Positions 38,876 through 47,549 of a DNA stretch of 64,000 bases are shown piece by piece (the stretch's first letter is position 1; the number at the start of each line of letters is the position of its first letter). A program made the translations under genes and the position numbers. This DNA comes from Bacteroidota bacterium (GTDB taxonomy: Bacteria > Bacteroidota > Ignavibacteria > Ignavibacteriales > Ignavibacteriaceae). The stretch is taken from assembly GCA_021815365.1 (NCBI GenBank), contig JAKAGZ010000011.1, positions 1,134 through 65,133 on the forward strand, given 5' to 3'. The notes beneath the pieces were generated by a model that was not told the DNA's origin, did no database searches, and saw only the letters and a program-made list of their open reading frames with translations.

Positions 38876-39247
38876 ATGCAGAACATAATCAGGATCAGGA
38901 ACGCAACATTTTATGGTTACCACGGCGTACTTTCGGAAGAACAGAGCGTCGGCGGAAAGTTTGAAGCAGATGTTGATATCTACACTGACTTTTCAGAAGC
39001 GGCAAAGAAAGACAGCCTGAAACAGACGATTGATTATCAAAAGGTTTATGAGTTCATGTACAAACTTGCTCTTGAAAAAAAATATTATCTGATCGAAGCA
39101 CTGGCTACTACTATTGCTGATGAATTACTGAAAAATTTTTCACATATTGAAAAAGTTGCTGTACGGGTAAGGAAACATAATCCCCCGATGGGCGGAGTTG
39201 TGGATTCCGTTGAAGTTGAAGTGCTGAAGAATCGTGATGAATTATAA
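38876..39247 (+). CDS. folB: Dihydroneopterin aldolase
   Basis: FYGYHGVLSEEQSVGGKFEADVD...IDYQKVY; 123 aa; upstream of folK. Confidence 0.9.
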   Translation: MQNIIRIRNATFYGYHGVLSEEQSVGGKFEADVDIYTDFSEAAKKDSLKQTIDYQKVYEFMYKLALEKKYYLIEALATTIADELLKNFSHIEKVAVRVRKHNPPMGGVVDSVEVEVLKNRDEL

Positions 39248-39264
39248 ATCTTTGAGGAAGCGAG

Positions 39265-39765
39265 ATACAAACCACAGCATACATATCGCTTGGTTCCAAT
39301 AAAGGAGATAGGCTGCAATATTTAAAAAACGCCGCACGGGAAATCAATAATGATCCTGGCTGCAGGATCATTAAAGCATCTTCAGTTTATGAAACAAGGC
39401 CTCTTGGAACTATAGAACAGGAAAATTTCTTAAACGCCGTTCTGAAAATCGAAACAAAATATCTGCTGCACGATCTGTTCGGTTTTCTTAAAGGGCTGGA
39501 AAAAAAAATCGGCAGGCAGCATACTTATAAATGGGGACCACGGGAAATTGATCTTGATATACTTTTTTATGATAATGTAGTGTTCTCGGATGAAAAATTA
39601 ACTGTCCCGCACGCCGAAATTCAGTTCAGGGATTTTGTGCTGACACCATTGATCGAAATTGAACCGGCGCTTTTTCATCCTGTTTTAAAGCAAAAAATTT
39701 CTGATATTTGTATTGACGAATCAAAAAAGAATATAATCAGAATAATAAACCAGGAAATTCTTTAA
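39265..39765 (+). CDS. folK: 2-amino-4-hydroxy-6-hydroxymethyldihydropteridine pyrophosphokinase (HPPK); probable non-canonical ATA start
   Basis: The frame is open from 39256 and reads AYISLGSNKGDRLQYL...SSVYETRPLG...FLNAVLKIET...KWGPREIDLDILFY...LTVPHAEIQFRDFVLTPL. The first ATG/GTG/TTG is at 39580, far inside the domain. GAGGA lies 6 nt before ATA 39265. Confidence 0.8.
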   Translation: MQTTAYISLGSNKGDRLQYLKNAAREINNDPGCRIIKASSVYETRPLGTIEQENFLNAVLKIETKYLLHDLFGFLKGLEKKIGRQHTYKWGPREIDLDILFYDNVVFSDEKLTVPHAEIQFRDFVLTPLIEIEPALFHPVLKQKISDICIDESKKNIIRIINQEIL

Positions 39766-39782
39766 CAAATCCAGGCTGAGAA

Positions 39783-40442
39783 TTGGACGAAAACAACCAG
39801 GTGAGATTTATAGCAATTGAAGGTGTGATCGGTGCAGGCAAAACTTCTCTTGCTAAAAAAATAAAAGAAAAATTAAATGCCGAGCTTATACTCGAACAAT
39901 TTGAAGCTAATCCTTTCCTGGAAAAATTTTACAACGACAGAAAAAGATTTGCCTTTCAGACTCAGATGTTCTTTCTCATAAACCGCTATAAGCAGCAGCA
40001 GGAACTTAACCAGGAAAATTTATTTACTGAATATCTCGTCAGTGATTACCTGTTTGAAAAAGACAGGATCTTTGCATATCTGAATCTTGATGCGGAAGAG
40101 CTGAATCTTTATGAAAGTATATTCCCGCTGCTTTCGCGCAGCCTGAGGAAACCTGACCTTGTTATCTACCTGCAGTCGGGCGTTGAAAGATTAATGTATA
40201 ATATAAAAAGAAGAAGCAGAAAAATAGAAAGGAATCTGACAAGAAGTTATATTGAGGAATTAAGTGAGGCATACAATCATTTCTTCTTCAGGTATTCTAC
40301 AACGCCTTTGTTGATTGTGAATTCAACGGATATTGATTTTGTAAACAGTGAAAAAGATTTTGAAGAACTTTATAAACAGATTTTCAGAAAAGACAGGGGA
40401 TTGACAGAATACTTTAAACCTGAATCGAAAAGGATAGGATGA
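39783..40442 (+). CDS. Deoxynucleoside kinase family protein (TTG start)
   Basis: P-loop IAIEGVIGAGKTSLA and a dNK-like core (FEKDRIFA, RRSRKIE). Confidence 0.85.
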   Translation: MDENNQVRFIAIEGVIGAGKTSLAKKIKEKLNAELILEQFEANPFLEKFYNDRKRFAFQTQMFFLINRYKQQQELNQENLFTEYLVSDYLFEKDRIFAYLNLDAEELNLYESIFPLLSRSLRKPDLVIYLQSGVERLMYNIKRRSRKIERNLTRSYIEELSEAYNHFFFRYSTTPLLIVNSTDIDFVNSEKDFEELYKQIFRKDRGLTEYFKPESKRIG

Positions 40443-40660
40443 AAATGTTAAGATTTATTTTTTATGTAATAATTTTTTATTTCGTAATTAAAGCGCTCAA
40501 CGCATTTTCCAGGTGGCTTGCTGCTTCGGCTCACAAAAGTCAGTCTTCACAAAATAATCCGAAAAATTATTCTGGTTTCTCAAAATACGATAACGTGGAA
40601 GAGGCTGAGTTTACAGAAATAAAGACAGATTCACAAAAAGAAAAGTCTGATAAAAGCTGA
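40439..40660 (+). CDS. Small membrane protein (one TM and a polar tail)
   Basis: MLRFIFYVIIFYFVIKAL is a TM segment. The gene is translationally coupled on both sides (ATGA overlap upstream, TGAATG downstream). Confidence 0.6.
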   Translation: MKMLRFIFYVIIFYFVIKALNAFSRWLAASAHKSQSSQNNPKNYSGFSKYDNVEEAEFTEIKTDSQKEKSDKS

Positions 40661-41818
40661 ATGAGTGTTGAAAAATTTTTATCAAGAAGCATAAGTGGAA
40701 TATTAAAAAGACTATTATCAGTTGAAGAAAACAAGAGCTTCGATCTTGTACCAGAGGGATCAATTCAGAGAACCCCAAAAAATTTTATAATTATCCGTCA
40801 GCATAACCAGCTTGGCGATCTTCTTGCCGGCGTTTCTCTTTTCAGAGCTATAAAAGAAACTTACCCGCAATCAAATATTACTTTGATCGTCAGCCCGGCA
40901 AATTATTCCGGCATTATAAAAAATAAATTCGTTGACTCAATATTCGTCTTTGATAAAAAAAAAATTTATAACCCTCTCTATTTCGCCCGCTTCATTAAAC
41001 TGCTGAGGAAAAGATACGATGTTGCAATTGTTCCGGTAGTTGTCTCAATTTCGTTTACCAGTAATTTGCTTGCAAGAATTGCAAATGCAAAGGTGAGAAT
41101 AGGAGCAGAAAAACTGAATGGGAAGACGAACGATAGTTCATATTTTTTTGACCGCAGAGTTGTACTTGACTGGAGGAAACATCCCGATTCAAATGTTTCG
41201 GAAAGAAGCCTTGACATTGTAAGACCCTTTGGAATAAACACAAATAATTTTAAGTCTGAAATTTCTTTCGATGCACACGATGAAAAAGCTGCTGAAGAAT
41301 TTTTAATATCATTAGGCTGCAATAATGAAGCTCTTATCGGCTTGCACGTCGGTGCCGGTAAAGCCCAAAATATGTGGTCACTCAATAAATATGCGGAACT
41401 GATAAAGAGACTGAACGAAAAATATAAAGCGAAGTTTTATCTTACCGGAAGCAGAACAGACAAAGAGGTAATTGCTTTCATAACTAAGCGGCTGAATTTC
41501 AGTGTCGGTTCTTTTCTTAACAGGCAAATTCCTGAAGTTGCTGCACTGATCTCAAAATCTGATCTGTTTATCTCAAATGACACGGGCATAATGCATGTAG
41601 CCGGTGCTACTAACACTCCTCAAATCTCAATCTTTGGACCGACTAATCCCTTTAACTGGGCGCCGATAGGTGAGAACAAATATTTTATTAGAAAGTCTGA
41701 ATTAATAGATGATGTTGAAGTAGAAGATGTTTTTAAAATGTGCCAGTTGATTTTATCAGCCCGCACGGCTGATGATTCTAAGAAACAGGCAGGCTTGTCT
41801 ACCAGACAATCAACTTAA
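40661..41818 (+). CDS. Glycosyltransferase family 9 (heptosyltransferase-like)
   Basis: The QLGDLL region, GAGKAQNMWSL and SNDTGIMHVAGA are typical GT9 motifs. The last ~20 aa run through a GC-rich repeat motif. Confidence 0.82.
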   Translation: MSVEKFLSRSISGILKRLLSVEENKSFDLVPEGSIQRTPKNFIIIRQHNQLGDLLAGVSLFRAIKETYPQSNITLIVSPANYSGIIKNKFVDSIFVFDKKKIYNPLYFARFIKLLRKRYDVAIVPVVVSISFTSNLLARIANAKVRIGAEKLNGKTNDSSYFFDRRVVLDWRKHPDSNVSERSLDIVRPFGINTNNFKSEISFDAHDEKAAEEFLISLGCNNEALIGLHVGAGKAQNMWSLNKYAELIKRLNEKYKAKFYLTGSRTDKEVIAFITKRLNFSVGSFLNRQIPEVAALISKSDLFISNDTGIMHVAGATNTPQISIFGPTNPFNWAPIGENKYFIRKSELIDDVEVEDVFKMCQLILSARTADDSKKQAGLSTRQST

Positions 41819-41846
41819 TATATAGAGAAAGAATAAAATTGTGGAA

Positions 41847-42075
41847 AATTATTTAGAAATCTGTTCAAAAATAAAAAATCTTATAAATCCTCTACGAGGA
41901 TTTGGTGCTTGAAATGGGAATATTTACTACAATAATATGACCCTGCCTACTGCAGGCAGGCTCTACGAGGTCAGTAGAAAAAACTTCGTAGAAGTTTAAT
42001 TATTGTAGTAGAATAAATATACGACCCACAAGCCCACATCCTCGTAGAGGATGAATTATGAGGATTTCTAAATTG
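41847..42075. repeat. ~230-bp imperfect inverted repeat (long-hairpin, MITE-like or structured-RNA element)
   Basis: Arms pair by hand: tttagaaatc/gatttctaaa, aaatcctctacgaggatttggtgcttg/caagcccacatcctcgtagaggatg, tactacaataat/attattgtagta. The centre holds CCTGCC..GGCAGG and ctctacgag/cttcgtagaag. Confidence 0.75.
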
Positions 42076-42179
42076 TGTTAATCTTAAATAATTACAACTG
42101 TTAGCTGTACATTATAAAAAGATTAAGTTGACGCCTATGACCGGACAGGCAGGCATATCAAAAAAATAAAAATAAATAA

Positions 42180-43121
42180 ATGGCTTACAAATATTTAGCA
42201 GCAATAGATATGGGGACAAATTCATTCCGCCTGATCGTTGCACGGGTCAATGAAAACGGGACGTTCAGGATCATTGATAAAGAAAAAGAATTAATACGTT
42301 TAGCTTCTCACGAAGGCAAAGGCTTGAGTATTATTACAGAGCAGGAAATGAAAACTGCGATAAAGGCATTAAAGAAATTTAAAGCGCTCGCAGATTTTTA
42401 CCACGCTTCACTTCGTACAGTGGCAACAAGTGCTGTACGGGAAGCTAAAAATAAATATGAGTTTATTGCGAAAGTCAAAAAGGAAACTGGCATTGATGTC
42501 CAGGTTATAGAGGGTCATCACGAAGCACGTTTAATTTTTTTAGGTATGCAGTATGCTATTCCTTTAAAAGACAAAAAAGCAATTTGTTTCGACATCGGCG
42601 GGGGAAGCACAGAATTTATTTCTGCTGAAAATTGTAAAATACTTTTTGCTGAGAGTGTCAGGATTGGAGCTGTGAGATTGACCAAGAGATTTTTCTCTGA
42701 CTTTGTCGTTAATGAGTACTCATTGAAAAAATGCGAAGAATATGTTGAAGAGCATATACTTGGAAATCTGAACATAAATCCTCATAGAAAATTTGACATA
42801 GCTGTGGGGTCATCAGGCACTATCCTTGCGACTGCAAGCTTTATATATTTTATGAAAAACAAAAAGCTGAAGAAAGAACTTAACGGTATGAAGTTTTACA
42901 GAGAAGACCTGATGGAAATATCAGATTATATTTTGTCACGGAAAACTCTTGAAGAGCGGCTGAAAATTAAAGGTCTGGAAAAAAAGAGAGCTGATATTAT
43001 TCCTGCCGGGCTTGTGATACTAAGAAAAATATTTGAACTCTTTAAGCTTGAAAGCATGACGGTTTCAGCAAATGCGTTGAGAACAGGAATAATAATTGAG
43101 TCAATGAATAGGCTGAAATAG
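42180..43121 (+). CDS. Ppx/GppA-family phosphatase
   Basis: AAIDMGTNSFRL, the DIGGGSTEF-like CFDIGGGSTEF; 313 aa. Confidence 0.88.
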   Translation: MAYKYLAAIDMGTNSFRLIVARVNENGTFRIIDKEKELIRLASHEGKGLSIITEQEMKTAIKALKKFKALADFYHASLRTVATSAVREAKNKYEFIAKVKKETGIDVQVIEGHHEARLIFLGMQYAIPLKDKKAICFDIGGGSTEFISAENCKILFAESVRIGAVRLTKRFFSDFVVNEYSLKKCEEYVEEHILGNLNINPHRKFDIAVGSSGTILATASFIYFMKNKKLKKELNGMKFYREDLMEISDYILSRKTLEERLKIKGLEKKRADIIPAGLVILRKIFELFKLESMTVSANALRTGIIIESMNRLK

Positions 43122-43200
43122 GTTAAACAAAGCTATTGCGTCTATCCACACTCCTGGCTATGTTAGACGCAGCGATAAATAATAAAAAGGAGGGGCAGAT

Positions 43201-45276
43201 ATGAAAACTATGTTCCGATTTCTTGTAATGGCGTTCCTTGTGTACACTGATATGAATCCTTTGCAGGCTCAGTGGGTGTACACTAACGGACCCACTGGTG
43301 GTTGGGTCACTTGCTTTGCCATCAGCGGCACAAATCTCTTTGCCGGCACTACCGGCGCTAATAGTGGGGTCTTTCTTTCGACCAACAACGGCACAAGCTG
43401 GACGGCAATTAATACAGGCTTAACAAACACTTATGTACGGTCTCTTGCCGTCATCGGCACGAATCTCTTTGCCGGCACTTTTGGCGGTGTCTTTCTTTCG
43501 ACTAACAACGGCACAAGCTGGAATGCGGTCAATACCGGCTTGACGAACAATTATGTCTTGTCTCTTGCTGTCAGCGACACAAATCTTTTTGCAGGCACTA
43601 ATGGCGGCGGTGTCTTTCTTTCGACTAACAACGGCACAAGCTGGAGTGTGGTCAATACCGGCTTGACGAACACTGATGTCCGGTCTTTTGCTGTCATCGG
43701 CACGAATCTCTTTGCCGGCACTTTTGGCGGCGGTGTCTTTCTTTCGACTAACAACGGCACAAGCTGGAGTGTGGTCAATACCGGCTTGACGAACAGTTCT
43801 GTCTGGTCTCTTGTCGTCAGCGGCACAAATCTCTTTGCAGGCACTTATGGCGGCGGTGTCTTTCTTTCAACCAACAACGGTGCAAGTTGGAGTGCTGTCA
43901 ATACAGGCTTGACAAGCACTTCTGTCCGGTCTTTTGCTGTCAGCGGCACAAATCTCTTTGCAGGCACTTATGGCGACGGTGTATTTCTTTCGACTAACAA
44001 CGGCACAAGCTGGAGTGTGGTCAATACAGGCTTAACTAACACTGATGTCCGGTCTCTTGCCATCAGCGGTACGAATATTTTTGCCGGCACTTATTATGGC
44101 GGTGTCTATCTTTCGACGAACAACGGCACAAGCTGGAGTTCGGTCAATGGGGGTTTGACAGACCCTTATGTCCGGTCTCTTGCCATCAGAGGCATGAATA
44201 TTTTTGCCGGCACTAATGGCGGCGGTGTCTTTCTTTCGACGAACAACGCTACAAGCTGGAATGAGGTCAATACCGGTTTGACGAACAATTATATCTTATC
44301 TCTTGCGGTCAGCGGCACGAATCTCTTTGCCGGTACTTATGCCGGCAGTGTCTTTCTTTCAACGAATAACGGCACAAGTTGGAGTGCTACAGGCTTGACA
44401 AACACTTCTGCCTATGCTCTTGCCGTCAGCGGCACGAATCTCTTTGCTGGCACTTGGAGCGGGGTACTTCTTTCGACCAACAACGGCACAAGCTGGAGTG
44501 CAGCCAACACCGGCTTGCCGAACAACACTTATGTTTACGCTCTTGCGGTCAGCGGCACTAATCTCTTTGCCGGCACTTGGGGCGGAGGTGTCTTTCTTTC
44601 TACCAACAACGGTGCAAGCTGGAGTACGGTCAATACAGGTTTGACAAACAATTATGTCTGGTCTCTTGCGGTCAGCGGCACTAATCTCTTTGCCGGCACT
44701 TGGGGCGGAGGTGTCTTTCTTTCTACCAACAACGGTGCAAACTGGAATGCTACAGGCTTGACGAACGCTTCTGTCCGGTCTTTTGCGGTCAGCGGCACGA
44801 ATCTCTTTGCTGGCACTTATGGCGGTGTCTTTCTTTCTACCAACAGCGGTACAAGCTGGAGTGCGGTCAATACAGGTTTGACGAACACTAATGTCTATGC
44901 TCTTGCGGTCAGCGGCACAAATCTCTTTGCCGGCACTAGGGACGGTGGGGTCTGGAGAAGACCGCTGTCGGATATGATCACAGCAGTAGAAATGTCCTCA
45001 ACTGATTTGCCAACGCATTTCAGTCTTCAGCAGAACTATCCCAACCCGTTTAATCCAGGTACAATAATTAATTACGATGTACCAAAAGCTTCCTTCGTGA
45101 CATTAAAAGTATATGACGTACTTGGCAGGGAAGTAAAAACTCTGGTTAATGAGGAGAAGCCTGCTGGAAGGTACAGCGTAAGTTTTAACGGTTCAAATCT
45201 TGCAAGCGGGATTTATATTTATCAGTTAAGGTCGGGAAGTTTTATTGCAAATAAAAAATTAGTCCTCCTTCGCTAA
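43201..45276 (+). CDS. T9SS-sorted repeat protein: about 14 tandem ~40-aa beta-propeller-type repeats plus a type-A C-terminal sorting domain
   Basis: The unit GTNLFAGTxGGGVFLSTNNGTSWSxVNTGLTNxxVxSLAVS occurs about 14 times. The C-terminus is NYPNPFNPGTIINYDVP...LKVYDVLGREV...GIYIYQL. Confidence 0.88.
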   Translation: MKTMFRFLVMAFLVYTDMNPLQAQWVYTNGPTGGWVTCFAISGTNLFAGTTGANSGVFLSTNNGTSWTAINTGLTNTYVRSLAVIGTNLFAGTFGGVFLSTNNGTSWNAVNTGLTNNYVLSLAVSDTNLFAGTNGGGVFLSTNNGTSWSVVNTGLTNTDVRSFAVIGTNLFAGTFGGGVFLSTNNGTSWSVVNTGLTNSSVWSLVVSGTNLFAGTYGGGVFLSTNNGASWSAVNTGLTSTSVRSFAVSGTNLFAGTYGDGVFLSTNNGTSWSVVNTGLTNTDVRSLAISGTNIFAGTYYGGVYLSTNNGTSWSSVNGGLTDPYVRSLAIRGMNIFAGTNGGGVFLSTNNATSWNEVNTGLTNNYILSLAVSGTNLFAGTYAGSVFLSTNNGTSWSATGLTNTSAYALAVSGTNLFAGTWSGVLLSTNNGTSWSAANTGLPNNTYVYALAVSGTNLFAGTWGGGVFLSTNNGASWSTVNTGLTNNYVWSLAVSGTNLFAGTWGGGVFLSTNNGANWNATGLTNASVRSFAVSGTNLFAGTYGGVFLSTNSGTSWSAVNTGLTNTNVYALAVSGTNLFAGTRDGGVWRRPLSDMITAVEMSSTDLPTHFSLQQNYPNPFNPGTIINYDVPKASFVTLKVYDVLGREVKTLVNEEKPAGRYSVSFNGSNLASGIYIYQLRSGSFIANKKLVLLR

Positions 45277-45299
45277 TCCGGCAACTGCCGGACGGAGGA

Positions 45300-45437
45300 C
45301 AGGTGCTGATGACTGGACCTTGAAAGAGAGCGCGGGATAATTATAAAATCCCACGCTATACAGATGAAGTATTCAGCTAAAGACGGGAAAGATATACTTT
45401 GAATTTAATTGACACACCCGGGCACGTGGATTTTTCT
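45300..45437 (+). pseudogene. lepA: Decayed internal fragment of lepA (elongation factor 4)
   Basis: Read across three frames: QVLMT / DLERERGIIIKSHAIQMKYSAKDGKDIL(stop) / LNLIDTPGHVDFS. It corresponds to LepA residues of about 40-85. There is no G1 P-loop upstream and no G domain downstream. Confidence 0.75.
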
Positions 45438-45513
45438 CCCAGACTCCTAACCATAAATAGTCTGCTTTCCTCTGTTCTGCAATTTGCAGGGCAGTGTTAT
45501 GTGCCGACTATCG

Positions 45514-45999
45514 TTAATCTGTACGTCCGATCCACTGGTTGGATGCCCGCAGCAACTGTGAATTCCCGTTTCCAACAGTGACTCTTACAATAACGTCTAC
45601 ATAAATACGCGGTCCCCACTTTGGACCATTGCGAGCGTACTTCACAATACGGTTTGGTCTTAATTCATCTGAAGGAGGAGTTTCATTAGTGAACCATGAT
45701 TTCCAGACTTGATTACTATAGACAATCCAAACTGCGTCAGCCGAAATCGAACCCGGCAGTTGAGTTGTATCAGTTGCTGTAACATAGCAAATGGCAATCA
45801 GCGGCTTGCCGTCGGGCGGGCTGATAGGTTGAAAATCCCGCCACATATAAGTTGTAAGATAGAGTTGCCTTCCATTCACAGTAATTGTGTCGGGCGATGC
45901 CAATAATTGATCGGCTGGAATGTCTGGAGGAGCGGACACAGGGTTCTGCGAGCACCCGATCAAGGAAATTGCAAATACAAGTGATGTGAATATTTTCAT
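45514..45999 (-). CDS. Hypothetical lipoprotein (GC-rich gene)
   Basis: Lipobox SLIGCS; 161 aa; composition matches the neighbouring antiporter gene rather than the surrounding genome. Confidence 0.6.
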   Translation of the reverse strand: MKIFTSLVFAISLIGCSQNPVSAPPDIPADQLLASPDTITVNGRQLYLTTYMWRDFQPISPPDGKPLIAICYVTATDTTQLPGSISADAVWIVYSNQVWKSWFTNETPPSDELRPNRIVKYARNGPKWGPRIYVDVIVRVTVGNGNSQLLRASNQWIGRTD

Positions 46000-46076
46000 A
46001 GAAACCTCCTTAACTTTTTAAGGCGTTAATCCTAACGTTTGCTTTGTTACTGTTGTTATACTCCGTCGGTTGTGTG

Positions 46077-47549
46077 TCATTGTTCATCAGGCTCTCGTTG
46101 CTTTTCAAATATTGCGCGAACCGCTGGCAGATTGCTCTTATTAACAAGGACAAGAACGGTATCGCTTTCCTGCAAAACAGTTCCACCGCTTGGGACGATG
46201 AAGTTCTCATTGCGACTGATGAGTACAATCAGACTGTCTTGAGGCAAATCCAACTCGATGATTGATTTCCCTGCGAGAGCGGAACTATAGGGAATAATCA
46301 AGTCGATCAGTTCTGTGTCGACGCCTTCCAACGGAGCGAACTCGATCGGGTATCGTCGCTTCTGCTCAAACGGGGCGTCGAGTCGAAGAAGTCGAGCAAT
46401 AACTGGAATTGACCAGCCCTGCAGTAATGCTGAGGTAAGAACGATGAAGAAGACGACATTGAATATCAATTCAGCATCGGGCAGACCAGCTAGTAGAGGG
46501 AACGTTGCTAAAATGATAGGAACAGCACCTCGCAATCCAACCCAAGAGACAAATGTTTTCTCCTTCCAACTGAGTTTGGCAAAAGTCAGAGAGAGGAACA
46601 CGCTTAGAGGACGTGCAACAAACATCAAAAAAACAGATGTGAGCAGCCCTATCCCGATGACAGGTGCTATGTGTGACGGAAAAACAAGCAGACCCAGTGT
46701 AAGAAACATGGCTATCTGGCTCAGCCAGGCCAATCCGTCAAAGAAGCGCAGAAGACTCCGCTTCTGAACAAAGTCATCATTGCCCGCAACCAAGCCTGCT
46801 ATATATACGGCAAGAAATCCACTCCCTCCTATCGATGCAGTAGCACCATAGATCAGGGCTGCAAACGCCAGGACGAAAACTGAATATATTCCCTCGTATG
46901 AGAGTCTGAGTCGATTGATCAGAAAGACCAGAGCTCTGCCGAACCCCAAACCTAGAACTGCCCCGACCGTCATCTGCACAACAAAGAGCAGTACAACTGA
47001 GCCAAATGTTGTCTGTGGAATTGTCAGCAGTTGAATGAGTCCAATGGTGAGGAAAACAGCCATTGGATCATTACTACCCGACTCGAGCTCTAAGAGAGGC
47101 TTGAGCTTGCCGCGTAAACTAACATTCTTCGAGCGAAGAACCGAAAAGACTGCAGCAGCGTCTGTAGATGAAACGACTGCACCGAGCAAGAGTCCATTGA
47201 GTAACGAGGTGCTCAACGCCGCAGAGACGAAAAGACCGACGGCAAGTGCTGTGACAAAAACGCCCAGCGTGGCGAGACTAGTTGCCTGCCAAAAGACTGG
47301 TTTGACCTCACTCCATTTTGTATCGAGACCGCCTGCGAAAAGTATAAAGACAAGAGCAACAATGCCGACGGACTGCGCCAAACGGGCATCGTCAAAGTAA
47401 ATGCCGCCTGGACCCTCAGACCCTGCAAGCATTCCGATCCCGAGGAACAATAATAGTGTGGGCACACCCAAATTGTCAGAGACCTTCGCAAGGGCGATAC
47501 TGACAAGGATGAGAACCGATCCGATAAGAAGAACATATTCAATAGACAT
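46077..47549 (-). CDS. K+/H+ (cation/proton) antiporter, CPA1 NhaP2/CvrA-like, with a C-terminal TrkA_C/RCK_C domain
   Basis: About 12 TM helices with the motif LESGSNDPMAV, and a C-terminal soluble domain (AGKSIIELDLPQDSLIVLISRNENFIVPSGGTVLQESDTVLVL). Confidence 0.85.
   Translation of the reverse strand: MSIEYVLLIGSVLILVSIALAKVSDNLGVPTLLLFLGIGMLAGSEGPGGIYFDDARLAQSVGIVALVFILFAGGLDTKWSEVKPVFWQATSLATLGVFVTALAVGLFVSAALSTSLLNGLLLGAVVSSTDAAAVFSVLRSKNVSLRGKLKPLLELESGSNDPMAVFLTIGLIQLLTIPQTTFGSVVLLFVVQMTVGAVLGLGFGRALVFLINRLRLSYEGIYSVFVLAFAALIYGATASIGGSGFLAVYIAGLVAGNDDFVQKRSLLRFFDGLAWLSQIAMFLTLGLLVFPSHIAPVIGIGLLTSVFLMFVARPLSVFLSLTFAKLSWKEKTFVSWVGLRGAVPIILATFPLLAGLPDAELIFNVVFFIVLTSALLQGWSIPVIARLLRLDAPFEQKRRYPIEFAPLEGVDTELIDLIIPYSSALAGKSIIELDLPQDSLIVLISRNENFIVPSGGTVLQESDTVLVLVNKSNLPAVRAIFEKQREPDEQ

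Noticed and set aside
39580-39765. 61-aa ORF as an independent small gene
   Set aside because: It is the C-terminal third of HPPK (FolK). The same frame is open and HPPK-like back to 39256.
43551-44891. Several 60-97-aa ORFs in other frames or on the other strand inside the repeat-protein gene (43551..43844 -, 44379..44561 +, 44414..44644 +, 44700..44891 +); also the idea that the regular ~120-nt periodicity could be a CRISPR array
   Set aside because: The repeats are contiguous with no unique spacers. They translate into one long, coherent beta-propeller-type protein with a T9SS sorting domain. The other ORFs are by-products of the periodic sequence.
45399-45581. 60-aa ORF beginning MNLIDTPGHVDF as a standalone gene
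   Set aside because: Only the first ~13 residues resemble anything, namely the G3 motif of translational GTPases. Together with upstream out-of-frame LepA-like sequence it is a pseudogene fragment.
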